Shown here: positions 10,124 to 19,513 of the stretch, in pieces
Layout of the letters: each line of letters opens with the position of its first letter
How positions within the stretch are numbered: the stretch's first letter is position 1
Assembly (NCBI GenBank): GCA_963700035.1
Contig: CAVOWE010000018.1
Coordinates: 170,378-234,377 of the forward strand
Reading direction: 5' to 3'
DNA: 64,000 nucleotides
From: an uncultured Thermoleophilia bacterium
Lineage (GTDB): Bacteria > Actinomycetota > Thermoleophilia > UBA2241
The notes under the pieces: generated by a model
The model's input: the letters and a program-made list of their open reading frames with translations, nothing else
Told to the model about the DNA's origin: nothing
Database searches by the model: none
Made by a program: the position numbers and the translations under genes

Positions 10124-12971
10124 GTGCTCGGGGCGTTCACCATCCGCAGCCGGGACAAGACCGAGGAGTTCCCGGTCACGCAGGCCATCGTGAACGTGGG
10201 CCGAGCCGCCGACAACGACCTGAGCCTGCCGTACGCCACCGTCTCTCTCCACCACGCGCGCGTCCTCGCCGACGCCTCGGGCTGTCGCGTCATGGACCTG
10301 GGCAGCTCCAACGGCACCCGCCTCAACGGCGTGGAGATCCCGGTCAAGGTGGCTCAGCCGCTTCGTGAGGGCGACCTCGTCGAGATCGGGCCGTTCCAGC
10401 TGCGTTTCCACGCCTCGCCGGGTCGCGTCGCTGCGCCCGGCCAGGCCGGGACTCCCGCCGCGGTGGCCGCGCAGGCGCGAGCGGGTCACACCGTCGTCCT
10501 GCCTCCGGACCTGCCCGCCCGTCTGATCGTGAGCACCCCCGAAGGGACCCGGGAGTTCCCCCTCAAGAAGGACTCCGTGACCCTGGGCCGCGAGTCGGAC
10601 AACGACATCGCCATCGAGGCCGAGGCGGTCTCCCGCCATCACGCCGTCATGAAGCGCCGCGGCCCCGCGTACCTCATCACGGACCTGGGGAGCACCAACG
10701 GCCTCAACGTGGCGGGGGAGCTGGTCAAGGAGAAGCTGCTGGCTCCGGGCGACTTCGTGTGCATCGGCCATAGCGTCACGCTGGAATACCGGGGGGCCGA
10801 GGCCCTCGCGGCGGACATGGCCGCGGCTGCTCTGGTCGGGGCGGGCGCCTACGGCCCGGGGCCCGCCGCCGGCGCGCCTGGCGAGCAGGCTCCGGCCGTC
10901 TTCGATATCCGCGACGGACACTCGCTCATTCTCGGCCGCGGCGACGAGACGAGCGTCCACATGGCCCACCCCCAGGTGTCCGCGCAGCACGCCGAGGTGC
11001 AGCGCCAGGCGGACCAGTACGTCATTCGCGACATGGGCAGCAGCGCCGGCACCTACGTCAACGGTCAGCTGGTGAGCCAGCAGCCTCTCCGCGAGAACGA
11101 CGTCATCCGCATCGGCCCGAACCGGCTGGTGTTCCAGGGCGGGCAGCTGCGGATGGTGAGCGAGGAAGGATGCCTGCGCCTGGACGCCTTCCACCTGAGC
11201 AAGGTCGTCGGCAAGGGTCAGCGCATCCTGCGGGACGTCTCGCTCTCCATCAAGCCGCAGGAGTTCGTCGCCGTGGTCGGAGGCAGTGGCGCCGGCAAGT
11301 CGACGCTCGTGAACGCCCTCTGCGGCTTCAAGCCGGCCACAGAGGGCGCCGTCCTGCTGAACGGCGTCGACCTCTACGGCAACTTCGACGCCTACCGCAA
11401 CGAGATGGGCTACGTCCCTCAGGACGACATCATCCATCTCGACCTCCCGGTGTCCAAGGCCCTGGACTACGCCGCCCGCCTGCGCATGCCCGCCGATACC
11501 AGCCGGTACGAGCGTGAGCAGCGTGTGCAGGAGGTCATCGACGAGCTGGACCTCAAGGCCTGCGCCGAGCGCACCGTCAGGCAGCTCAGCGGGGGGCAGC
11601 GCAAGCGCGTGTCCATCGGCGTCGAGCTGCTCACCCGGCCGAGCCTGTTCTTCCTCGACGAGGCGACCTCCGGGCTCGACCCGGCCACCGAATCGCAGAT
11701 GATGAAGCTCCTGCGCAAGCTGGCCGACCAGGGACGCACGATCATCCTCATCACGCACGCCACCAAGAACGTCATGGCGTGCGACAAGGTGGTCTTCCTG
11801 GTGCGTGGGGGTCAGCTCGCATTCTTCGGTCCTCCGGAGGACGCGCTCAAGTACTTCGGCGTCGAGGAGTTCGACGAGATCTACGAGAAGCTGGAGTCCG
11901 GGGCCTCGCCCGACGAATGGGCGCAGCGCTTCCTCGCCTCCCCCCAGCTTCAGGAGTACGTGGTGCGACCGCTGAGCGAGGTGGCCGGGGCGTCAGCGGG
12001 GCTCTACGGCGGCCGCCTCGACGGCGGCAACGGCGGCGGCGCCCGGGCGCGAGGCGGGCCGGCGGCTCCCGGAGCCCACATCAGGCGCTCCTCGTCCTGG
12101 AAGCAGTTCCTGATCCTCTCGGGCCGTTACCTCGACATCATCCGCCGCGACAAGAAGACGCTGGTGCTCCTTCTGGCCATCTCGCCGGTGCTCGGGGTAC
12201 TGGACTTCGTCACGTGGAAGCGCAATCTGTTCGACCCAGTGGACGGGAGCGCCACCAAGGTCGTGACGATGCTGTTCATGGCCTGCCTCATCGGCGTCCT
12301 GGTCGGCACCATCACCTCGGTGCGTGAGATCGTCAAGGAAGACCCCATCTACCGGCGCGAGCGCATGGTGTGCATCCAGGTGTTCCCCTACGTGGCCTCG
12401 AAGATCGCCGTGGGGTCGATCTTCGCCCTGTACAGCGCGCTCGTCCTCTTTCTGTTCAAGATCGGCGCCGTCGACTTCGGCCACCTGAGCGGCATCGGGT
12501 ATCTCGCAGCTCCTGATCACTTTCGTGCTCTGCACGTTCGCAGGGCTCATGTGGGGGCTTCTGGTATCGGCGGTCGCCCCCACCGAGGATCGCGCCATGC
12601 TGCTGGTGATCCTGGTGCTGGTGCCCCAGTTCATCTTCTCGGGGGGCATGATGCCCGTGTCCGATCTGGGGGTGGCGGGCAAGGTCTTCGGGACGCTGAC
12701 GTCCACGCGCTGGGGGCTGGGGGCGATGGCCACGGTCGCGGAGATCAAGACCGGTGCCGGCAAGGCGGCCGACATGTCGGACACCGTGCTGCCGGGGATC
12801 AAGGGGCTGGAGACTACCGCGGAGAAGGTGGCGCTGGTGCACTCGCTCGACAGCCAGTACGGAGCGATCTTCAACGTCAACATCGCCTTCTACTGGGCGA
12901 TGTCGCTCGTCCTGATCGCGGCACTGACGGTCATCATCTTCCTGCTGCAGAAGCGAAAGGACACGTTCTGA
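10124..12971 (+). CDS. Three FHA domains fused to an ABC transporter ATPase and an ABC-2 (ABCG/White-like) permease; apparent frameshift near 12500-12530
   Basis: Three FHA domains (MLGAFTIRS...GCRVMDLGSSNGTRLNG; LITDLGSTNGLNVAG; VIRDMGSSAGTYVNGQ). Walker A GGSGAGKST, signature LSGGQRKRVSIG, Walker B LFFLDEATSGLD. Permease TM helices. The C-terminal permease part continues in track ORF 12525..12971 (LVPQFIFSGGMMPV...FYWAMSLVLIAALTVIIFLLQ). Confidence 0.8.
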
Positions 12972-13254
12972 CCGGGCTGGCCGCGCCGGCGCCGTTCGGC
13001 CGCGGCCGCGGTGCCCCACGGCGCCGCCCGACACTTGTCTTTCCGCGCTGCTGCGAGAGAATGGGTGACAGGACGGCGCCTCGGGCAGCGACCAGAGGGG
13101 GGCAGGTGTCTGCTCATCCGGACAACGAACGCCGGGAGGCGATCGGGCCCCGCCCCGCTGCGCGGGTGGCTACGGGACGCGGCCGCGACGCCTTCATCCA
13201 TCTGTCGCCGAAGCGCGGCGAAAGCCCGGCGCCGAGAGGCGCGACGGGGGGGTC

Positions 13255-15634
13255 ATGGCAGACGAGCTGATCGGGCGCACGCTGGGGCGCTACAAGATCA
13301 CCGCCCTCGTGGGACGCGGTGGCATGGCCACGGTCTACCGGGCCACGCATCCCGGTCTGGAGCAGACCGTGGCCGTCAAGGTGCTGCACGCGCACATCGC
13401 GACCGACGCGGACCTGCTCGGCAGGTTCCAGCAGGAGGCGCGGGCGGTCGCGGCCCTTCGCCATCCCAACATCGTGCGCGTCGTGGACTTCGACTGCATC
13501 GACAACGTGTACTTCATGGTGATGGAGTACATCGACGGTCTCACCATGTCCGCGCACCTTCGCGATATGGCTGCCAAGGGGCGTCGCATGCCGGTCGCCG
13601 AAGTGCTGCGGGTCTTCGAGCCGCTCTGCTCCGCGGTGGACTACGCGCACGGGCAGGGCATGATCCACCGCGACATCAAACCGTCCAACGTCCTGCTCAC
13701 CGCGCAAGGCGAGCCGGTGCTCACCGACTACGGTATCGCCAAGATGATCGGGGTCACGCAGCATACGGCTGCCGGCACGGTCATGGGTTCTGCCTTCTAC
13801 ATGTCGCCGGAGCAGGCCCAGGGTGTCGCGGTGGACGGTCGCAGCGACATCTACTCTCTCGGCGTCATGCTGTTCGAGTCGCTGGCTGGGCAGGTGCCGT
13901 ACGAGGGCGACACCCTGGCGACCGTCCTCGTCAAGCACATCACGGCGCCGGTGCCGGCCGTGTGTCCGCTCAACGACGAGCTGCCGCCGCTGCTCGATGG
14001 CCTGATGCGCGTGGCCCTGGCCAAGGATCCGGACGAGCGCTTCCAGACGGGAAAGGCGCTGGCGGCCGCGTTGCGGCAGGGGCTCGCGCCGCTCGCCGCG
14101 CAGAGCAGCGCCGTGGCGGCGAATGCGACGCGGGTGGAGCGGCCGCCGAGCGGTGGCGCGGCGCCGCAGGGCTTCACGCGCGTGGAGACGCCGACGCCGG
14201 CGCCGGCGAAGCCGCCGCGCGAACGGGCGACCGCGCACGATGTGTTCATCAGCTACGCGGCGAGCGACAAGGCGGTTGCCGATGCTGTCTGCACGGCGCT
14301 CGAGAGCGAGAACATCCGCTGCTGGATCGCGCCGCGCGACGTACTGCCCGGCCAGAGCTTCGCGCGGGCTCTGGTCAACGCCATCCATGAGGCTCGCGTG
14401 TTCGTCCTCGTGTTCTCGTCGGCCACCAACAACTCCCAGCAAGTGGAACGCGAGCTCGACAGGGCCGCTTCCTCGCGACTGCCGATCCTCCCCCTGCGCG
14501 TGGAGGACGTGCTGCCGCGCGAGTCCATCGAGTACTACCTCGCCGGCCAGCACTGGCTCGACGCGCTCACGCCGCCGCTCGCCGACCATCTTGAACGCCT
14601 CACCGTGGCGATCGCGGCGCTGCTGCAGCGGTCGGCGCCGCCGCTCGCCGAAGGCCCGCCGGAAGCAACGGCTTCAGAGCCGGCCGTGTGGGCGACCGGC
14701 ACTCCAGCGGGAACAGCCTACGAGCCGGCGCCGGCGGCGACCACGTACGAGCCCGCGCCGGAGCCCGAAGCAGAGGCGCCGGTGGCTGAGGCCGAGCCCG
14801 CGCCGGAGCCCGAAGCAGAGGTGCCGGTGGCTGAGGCCGAGCCTGTGCCGGAGCCCGAAGCAGAGGCGCCCGTGGCTGAGGCTGAGCCCGCGCCGGCGGC
14901 GACCACGGATGAGCTCGCGCCGGCGACGCAGCTCAAACCGGAGGCGCCTGAGGCTGAAGCCGAGCCTGCGCTGGAGGTAGAGGCGCCCGAGCCCGTCGGC
15001 GCACCCGAGGCGGCAGTGGCGGTCGCGGGCCTGCAGGCGGCGACGACCTACGAGCCGGCGCCGGAGGCTGAGCCTGAGCCCGAGCCGGCAGCGGAGCCGC
15101 CAGAGCCCGAAGCCGAGCCTGAGGCCGTGCTCGAGCTCGAGCCTGAGGCGCTTGAGGCTGAGGCCGAGCCGCGAGCCGGAGGCAGAGGCTCCGGGGATCG
15201 TGCCCCTGCCGGAGCCTGAGGCCGTGATCGAGCCCGAGCCTGAGGCGGAGGCGCCTGAGGCCAGGGCCGAGCCCCCGTCGGACTTGACGACTCTCGAGCG
15301 GCCGGTGGAGGCGACCGAGCCGCAGGCCGCCACGACCTATGAGCCGGCGCCCGTGCCGGCAACGGGAACCTCCGAGCCGGCGTTCGCCGCCGAACCGACG
15401 GTGATGGCCGCGGCTGCGACGGCGGTGACACCCGGCGACGGTCCGACGCCCGTGGCTGCGACCGTGCTGGTGGCGGAGTCGCCGCCGGCCGGCGTGCCGG
15501 CCCTGGGCGAACGGGCCGGCGAAGCGTCAGAGCCTTCCCGGCAAGCGCTTCACAAGCCCACGCTGATCGCCGCGGCGGCTGTGGGAATCGCGTGGATCGT
15601 GATCCTCCTGGTCATCGACCAGGTGTTTCGCTAG
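13255..15634 (+). CDS. Hanks-type Ser/Thr protein kinase fused to a TIR domain, a Pro/Glu/Ala-rich repeat linker and a C-terminal transmembrane anchor; apparent frameshift in the repeat region near 15150-15220
   Basis: Kinase motifs LGRGGMATVYRA, VAVKVL, HRDIKPSNVLL, DYGIAK, SPEQ. TIR_2-like block HDVFISYAASDKAVADAVCTALESENIRCWIAPRDVLPGQSFARALVNAIHEARVFVLVFSSATNNSQQVERELD. Repeats EPAPEPEAEAPVAEA. The terminal helix PTLIAAAAVGIAWIVILLVIDQVFR is in track ORF 15152..15634. Confidence 0.8.
14749..14883 (+). repeat. Three tandem copies of a 45-bp coding repeat (gagcccgcgccggagcccgaagcagaggcgccggtggctgaggcc; encodes EPAPEPEAEAPVAEA), with degenerate copies further downstream
   Basis: Read directly from the sequence. 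Lies in the kinase linker. Confidence 0.8.
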
Positions 15635-15717
15635 CTCCTTCGACGGCGGACCGCCGAGCGCTCGCGCCGGTCCGCCCTCTTCGCCTCAGCGGGTGACGTA
15701 CGGCTGGGTCTGCGGCG

Positions 15718-16947
15718 CTACGCGGAGCGCGGCTGGCTGCGGGCGACGGGCGGCGTCCACCACGCCAGCGCGACGACGACCAGGTCGACGCCCAGCGCCA
15801 CCAGGACCCACAGCGGGGTGTCGGGCGGGTAGAAGAAGGCCCAGGCGAAGACGGCTGCCGTGGCGAGGCCCGCGACGATGCCGAGCGCGACTCTCGCCTG
15901 GCCGAGCGCGCCGCGCCGGCGGCTTGGAGTCGCAGCCCGCATGACGACGTAGAACTGGACGGCGAACAGCACCCCGCCGCCGAACACGACCAGCCACTTG
16001 AGCCACGAGGCGCCGCCGCCTGCCGTTTCGGCCATGCTCTTCACGCGGTCGAGGTTGACGCTCGCGGCTTTCGCGAGGCGTGGCGCTTCGGAGGACTGCT
16101 TGAGGTCGGTGAGCACGTCGATAGCAGCCGAGTCGTCGCCGTTCTCGGCGTCGATCAGCGCGAGTCCCATCTTGGCGTAGTCGTTGGTCGCCGTCTCGTT
16201 CGAGGCGGTGAAGTCGGCCTCGGCTCCGTCGAGGTCGCCCTTCTCGAGTCTCGTCATCCCGCGCTGGTAATACGCGGCCGCGAGGTTGGCGGCCGTCCTC
16301 GCCACGCCTTCATCAGGCTTCGACGCCACGATGTCCTTGAGCGAGGAGATGCCTTCGTCGTACTCACCCGCGGCGCACTGGGCCGTCGCCAGGGCCAAGT
16401 CGGTCTGCGGGCTGGCCGCGACGGCGGCGGACTTCTCGAAGTACGCCAGCGCGTCGGCGTACTGCCCGTCCCGTGCGGCGATGAGGCCGAGGTTGTACAG
16501 CGCCGCCGCCTTCACGCTGTCGCCGTTCTTCGTCGGCGGCGTGTCCTGCGCCTTGCGCGTGGGCGCCGCGGCCTTGTCCGTGTTGTCCTGGAAGAGGTAG
16601 TCGGCGCCGATATTGAGGTCGGCGCCTCGGTAGCGCTGGTTGAGGCGTAGCACCTTCTGCAGCAGCGGCAGCGCCTTGCCGTAGTCGCCGGTCTTCACGT
16701 AGCACACGGCCAGGTTGTTGAGGGCGTCGGTGTCTGAAGGATCCAGCTTGACGGCTTCCTTGAACAGCGCCGTCGCCCGGGCGACGTCGCCGGCGGCGAG
16801 AGCCTCGCAGCCGAGGTTGTACGGGTGCTTCGTGGCACCGGGCGCGGGCCCGGCCGTCACGGCCAAGCCCGCGAGGACCAGCAGGACGGCGACGCCCGCG
16901 AGGGCGCAGGCCCGCCGGCATCTGCTCAGAATGTGGTAGGTGGGCAT
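15718..16947 (-). CDS. TPR-repeat membrane protein (N-terminal signal/TM, TPR region, C-terminal multi-TM region)
   Basis: Real start MPTYHILSRCRRACALAGVAVLLVLAGLAV (ATG reverse complement at 16945-16947) lies inside the longer track ORF 15718..17541. TPR-like segments ALFKEAVKLDPSDTDALNNLAVCYVKTGDYGKALPLLQKVLRLN. Confidence 0.7.
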   Translation of the reverse strand: MPTYHILSRCRRACALAGVAVLLVLAGLAVTAGPAPGATKHPYNLGCEALAAGDVARATALFKEAVKLDPSDTDALNNLAVCYVKTGDYGKALPLLQKVLRLNQRYRGADLNIGADYLFQDNTDKAAAPTRKAQDTPPTKNGDSVKAAALYNLGLIAARDGQYADALAYFEKSAAVAASPQTDLALATAQCAAGEYDEGISSLKDIVASKPDEGVARTAANLAAAYYQRGMTRLEKGDLDGAEADFTASNETATNDYAKMGLALIDAENGDDSAAIDVLTDLKQSSEAPRLAKAASVNLDRVKSMAETAGGGASWLKWLVVFGGGVLFAVQFYVVMRAATPSRRRGALGQARVALGIVAGLATAAVFAWAFFYPPDTPLWVLVALGVDLVVVALAWWTPPVARSQPRSA

Positions 16948-16958
16948 GGTGGTTCGGC

Positions 16959-17357
16959 TCACGGCGTCATAGGCTGCGCCTGGCAGGAACAGGGCTGGTC
17001 CGACTGGCAGGTGCAGCTCGACACGCCCTCGCAGGTACAGACCGCGTCGCAGGTGCATGCTCCTCCTCCGCCTCCACCTCCCGAGTCCGCCACGCAGCTG
17101 CAGGCGGCCACGGACTCGCAGGTGCACACCAGGTTGCAGGTGCAGACGAGATCGCACGTGCAGAGGGCGCCGCCGAACGCGTCGCGCCCGGTGAGCTTGG
17201 TCTTGGTCGCGTGGGAGCGCGTCTCCTTGCCGGCCTTCTGGGTCTTCTTCGGTGTCTTCTTGGGCCCGGAGACCTTGCGCGAGGGATCCTCGGGCGCGAC
17301 GAAGACCTCGGGATCCGGATACTCGTAGTCGGGCTGCGGCGCGCTCCAGTGCAGCAC
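16959..17357 (-). CDS. Small Cys-rich CxC-repeat peptide (candidate RiPP precursor: K/P/T-rich leader plus a core with eight C-x-C motifs and a Gly7 spacer)
   Basis: Track ORF of 132 aa. The core reads CTCDLVCTCNLVCTCESVAACSCVADSGGGGGGGACTCDAVCTCEGVSSCTCQSDQPCSCQ. Codon third positions are strongly G/C, as in genuine genes here. It sits between the radical-SAM gene and the TPR gene in one orientation. Confidence 0.45.
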   Translation of the reverse strand: MLHWSAPQPDYEYPDPEVFVAPEDPSRKVSGPKKTPKKTQKAGKETRSHATKTKLTGRDAFGGALCTCDLVCTCNLVCTCESVAACSCVADSGGGGGGGACTCDAVCTCEGVSSCTCQSDQPCSCQAQPMTP

Positions 17358-17510
17358 CTCGGGCGACGCGCTCGACGTGGGCGCGGCCTTCAGGGTGTCG
17401 TCGGGCGCGCTCTCTCCGGCGCGGAGGGAAGCCCATTCGACCGGCGCCTCGCTCTCGTAGATCGAGAGCTTGGGCGACTCGTAGCCGCCGTCGCGCGAGG
17501 CCGCCGGCGT

Positions 17511-18914
17511 CTAGACCCTCGCTGCGCTGGTCGTCGGACACCGGATCACCTCCTCGAGCTGGTCCAGCGTGAGCCGCCGGTTGATCTCACAGCGCGCGAC
17601 CACGGCATCATCGGCGCCCGGATAGAGCCGCTTGGACGGGCAGTCGCCTGCACAGTGGTACTTGGCGAAGCAGCGCGCGCAGCGCGGCGCGTCGTTGACG
17701 GTGAGATGGCGCAAGTGCGTCGACCCGCGCGGCATCGAAGGCGAACGACCGGTGCGTGGGGTCGTAGGAGCCGTAGATGAACGTGTCGGCGCGGGAGTCG
17801 TCGCGGCCGGTGACCTCGTAGCAGGCGGTGACGTCGCCTTCGGTGGTGATATTGAAGCTGGGCCTGCTCGCCTGACAGAACGAACAGGCCAGCGACGATT
17901 GGTGCGCGCCGGAGTAGGCCACCTCGACGCCGTGACGCGCGGCGTACTCGCGGCACTCGCGAAACGCCTCGACGAAGCGCTCCGCGTTCGGCGGCTGCAG
18001 GCCATTGCTGATGGAGCGGCCGCAGGCGAAGAGCGGTTCGAGGTGGATGGTGTTGAGCCGGTAGGTGTCGACGAGGTGTCGTACCGTCTCCAGGGCGTGA
18101 TCGAGCGCGTGGGACGTGCACGTGAGCCTGGTGCCCAACGTGCAGTCGCTCTCTGAGAGGCGCGCGAGCGTACGCTCGACGGCGGCCGACGAGGCGCCGC
18201 CGCCGGCCCGCGGCCGCAGGCGGTCCTGCACGGCCGCCGGGCCGTCGATGGACACCATCACCGACGTCATGCTCTCCGCCAGGTACTCCCGCATGGCGTC
18301 GTCCACGACGCCGTTCGTCGCGGTGCCGGTGGAGAGCTCGAGGGCGTGCTTTTCGCAGCGACGCCGGGCGTGAGCCACGCAGTTCTTCAGGGCTCTCGCC
18401 CGCGAGCGTCGGCTCACCGCCGCCGTGGAAGGTGACGGTCACCTCTGGCTGGCCGCTCGGCGACGGCGTTGTCGACGACGAAGTCGATGGCATCGAACGC
18501 GACCTGCTCGTCGAGGTAGCGCGGCTGCTCGCCACCGGACGCATAGCAGTAGACGCAGCGCAGGTTGCAGGCCGTGGTGAGGAACAGCGTGACGGCGGTG
18601 GGCCGGAGTGCGGCCGGCGGCGGGTCGTCGGTCACTGGTCGGTCGGAGGCGACAGCCGACGTCAGGGCCGGCGCTGCGCCGCTCGCCCGGCGTCTCCCGT
18701 GCTCCTTGCCGATGAGCTGAAGCTCCACGAGAAGATCCAGCACCTCGCGCGTGCCGGCGTTGCGAGTCACGGCGCGCTCGGCGGAGATGTCGGCGAGCAG
18801 GTTGAGGGCAGCGTCGTTCACCACCACGCTGGTCTGGAGCAGAGGCGCGTACACGAGGTGGTCGCGTCCGCGCGGCAGCGAGAAGACCTCGGTGGCCAGC
18901 CGGTACCTGGTCAC
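17511..18914 (-). CDS. Radical SAM enzyme with C-terminal SPASM domain (peptide-maturase type), broken by about three apparent frameshifts
   Basis: Spliced across track ORFs 18414..19094, 17546..18544, 17608..18417 and 17511..18005. CxxxCxxC motif TTACNLRCVYCYAS. GGEPTL motif VTFHGGGEPTLAGE. LSTGTATNGV...MVSIDGPAAVQDR. SPASM cysteines CSFCQAS...GDVTACYEV...CARCFAKYHCAGDCP. The GTG at 18914 overlaps the stop of the upstream PqqD-like gene. Confidence 0.75.
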
Positions 18915-19344
18915 GCCCGTTCTCCCGGGATACCGTTGCCCGACCCGTAGACGCCGAACACGAGACCTGCCCCCGAAAGGGTCTGGAGGCAGTCCCTGGT
19001 GTCGGCGCGCGCCGCGGCCGCCGGGATGCCGTACGCGGCGCTGAGGAGGGCGGCGAGGTCGTCCACAGTACGCCGCCCGTCGACGCCGCGCCATACGAAC
19101 GCCGCCGACCGGTTCAGGCGGAAGACCGGTCCGTGCGGGTCGACGGGCGTGGCGCGGAGTTCCACGTCACGCCCGCGGGCTGTCTCGACGAGGTTCTCGG
19201 CGCGTCGCGGCCGGGCCGTCCCAGCCGACGCGGCAGGGCCGTTCCGCGCGCTCCAGAGGCGACCTGTGGCGAGCGCCACGGCGCCGCCGGCGACGGCCAC
19301 GAGGAACGTCTTTCTGGTCGTCGCCCAGCTTGGCCCGTCCACGC
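18911..19344 (-). CDS. PqqD-like peptide-chaperone (RiPP recognition element) protein with an N-terminal hydrophobic segment
   Basis: C-terminal part of track ORF 18911..19777: VDPHGPVFRLNRSAAFVWRGVDGRRTVDDLAALLSAAYGIPAAAARADTRDCLQTLSGAGLV. This matches the PqqD-family pattern (LN.sA..iW...DG.rTv.ei...L...Y.v....a..D...fl..L...GL). The start is assigned to a GTG near 19332-19344. Confidence 0.5.
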
Positions 19345-19513
19345 GTGCGGCCACCACACGACCCCCTTGGCCCCCATTCGCAGGGGGCTGATCGCCCTGC
19401 GCCTGAGCCCAATCGTGCCCCCTCACGAGTCTCGCGTCAAGGATTGCGGGCAAGAGACACCTTGACATGCGCGAGTCATGGCGTAGAACGGGTATGGAAG
19501 TGACTGTGGAAGG

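Noticed and set aside
10054-10441. Local one-base disagreements between my reading of the printed sequence and the ORF-track proteins (around 10081, 10441, 21781), all at printed line boundaries
   Set aside because: Because they fall exactly on line joins, they are most likely reading or formatting artefacts, not biology. They only mean some hand-derived coordinates may be off by 1.
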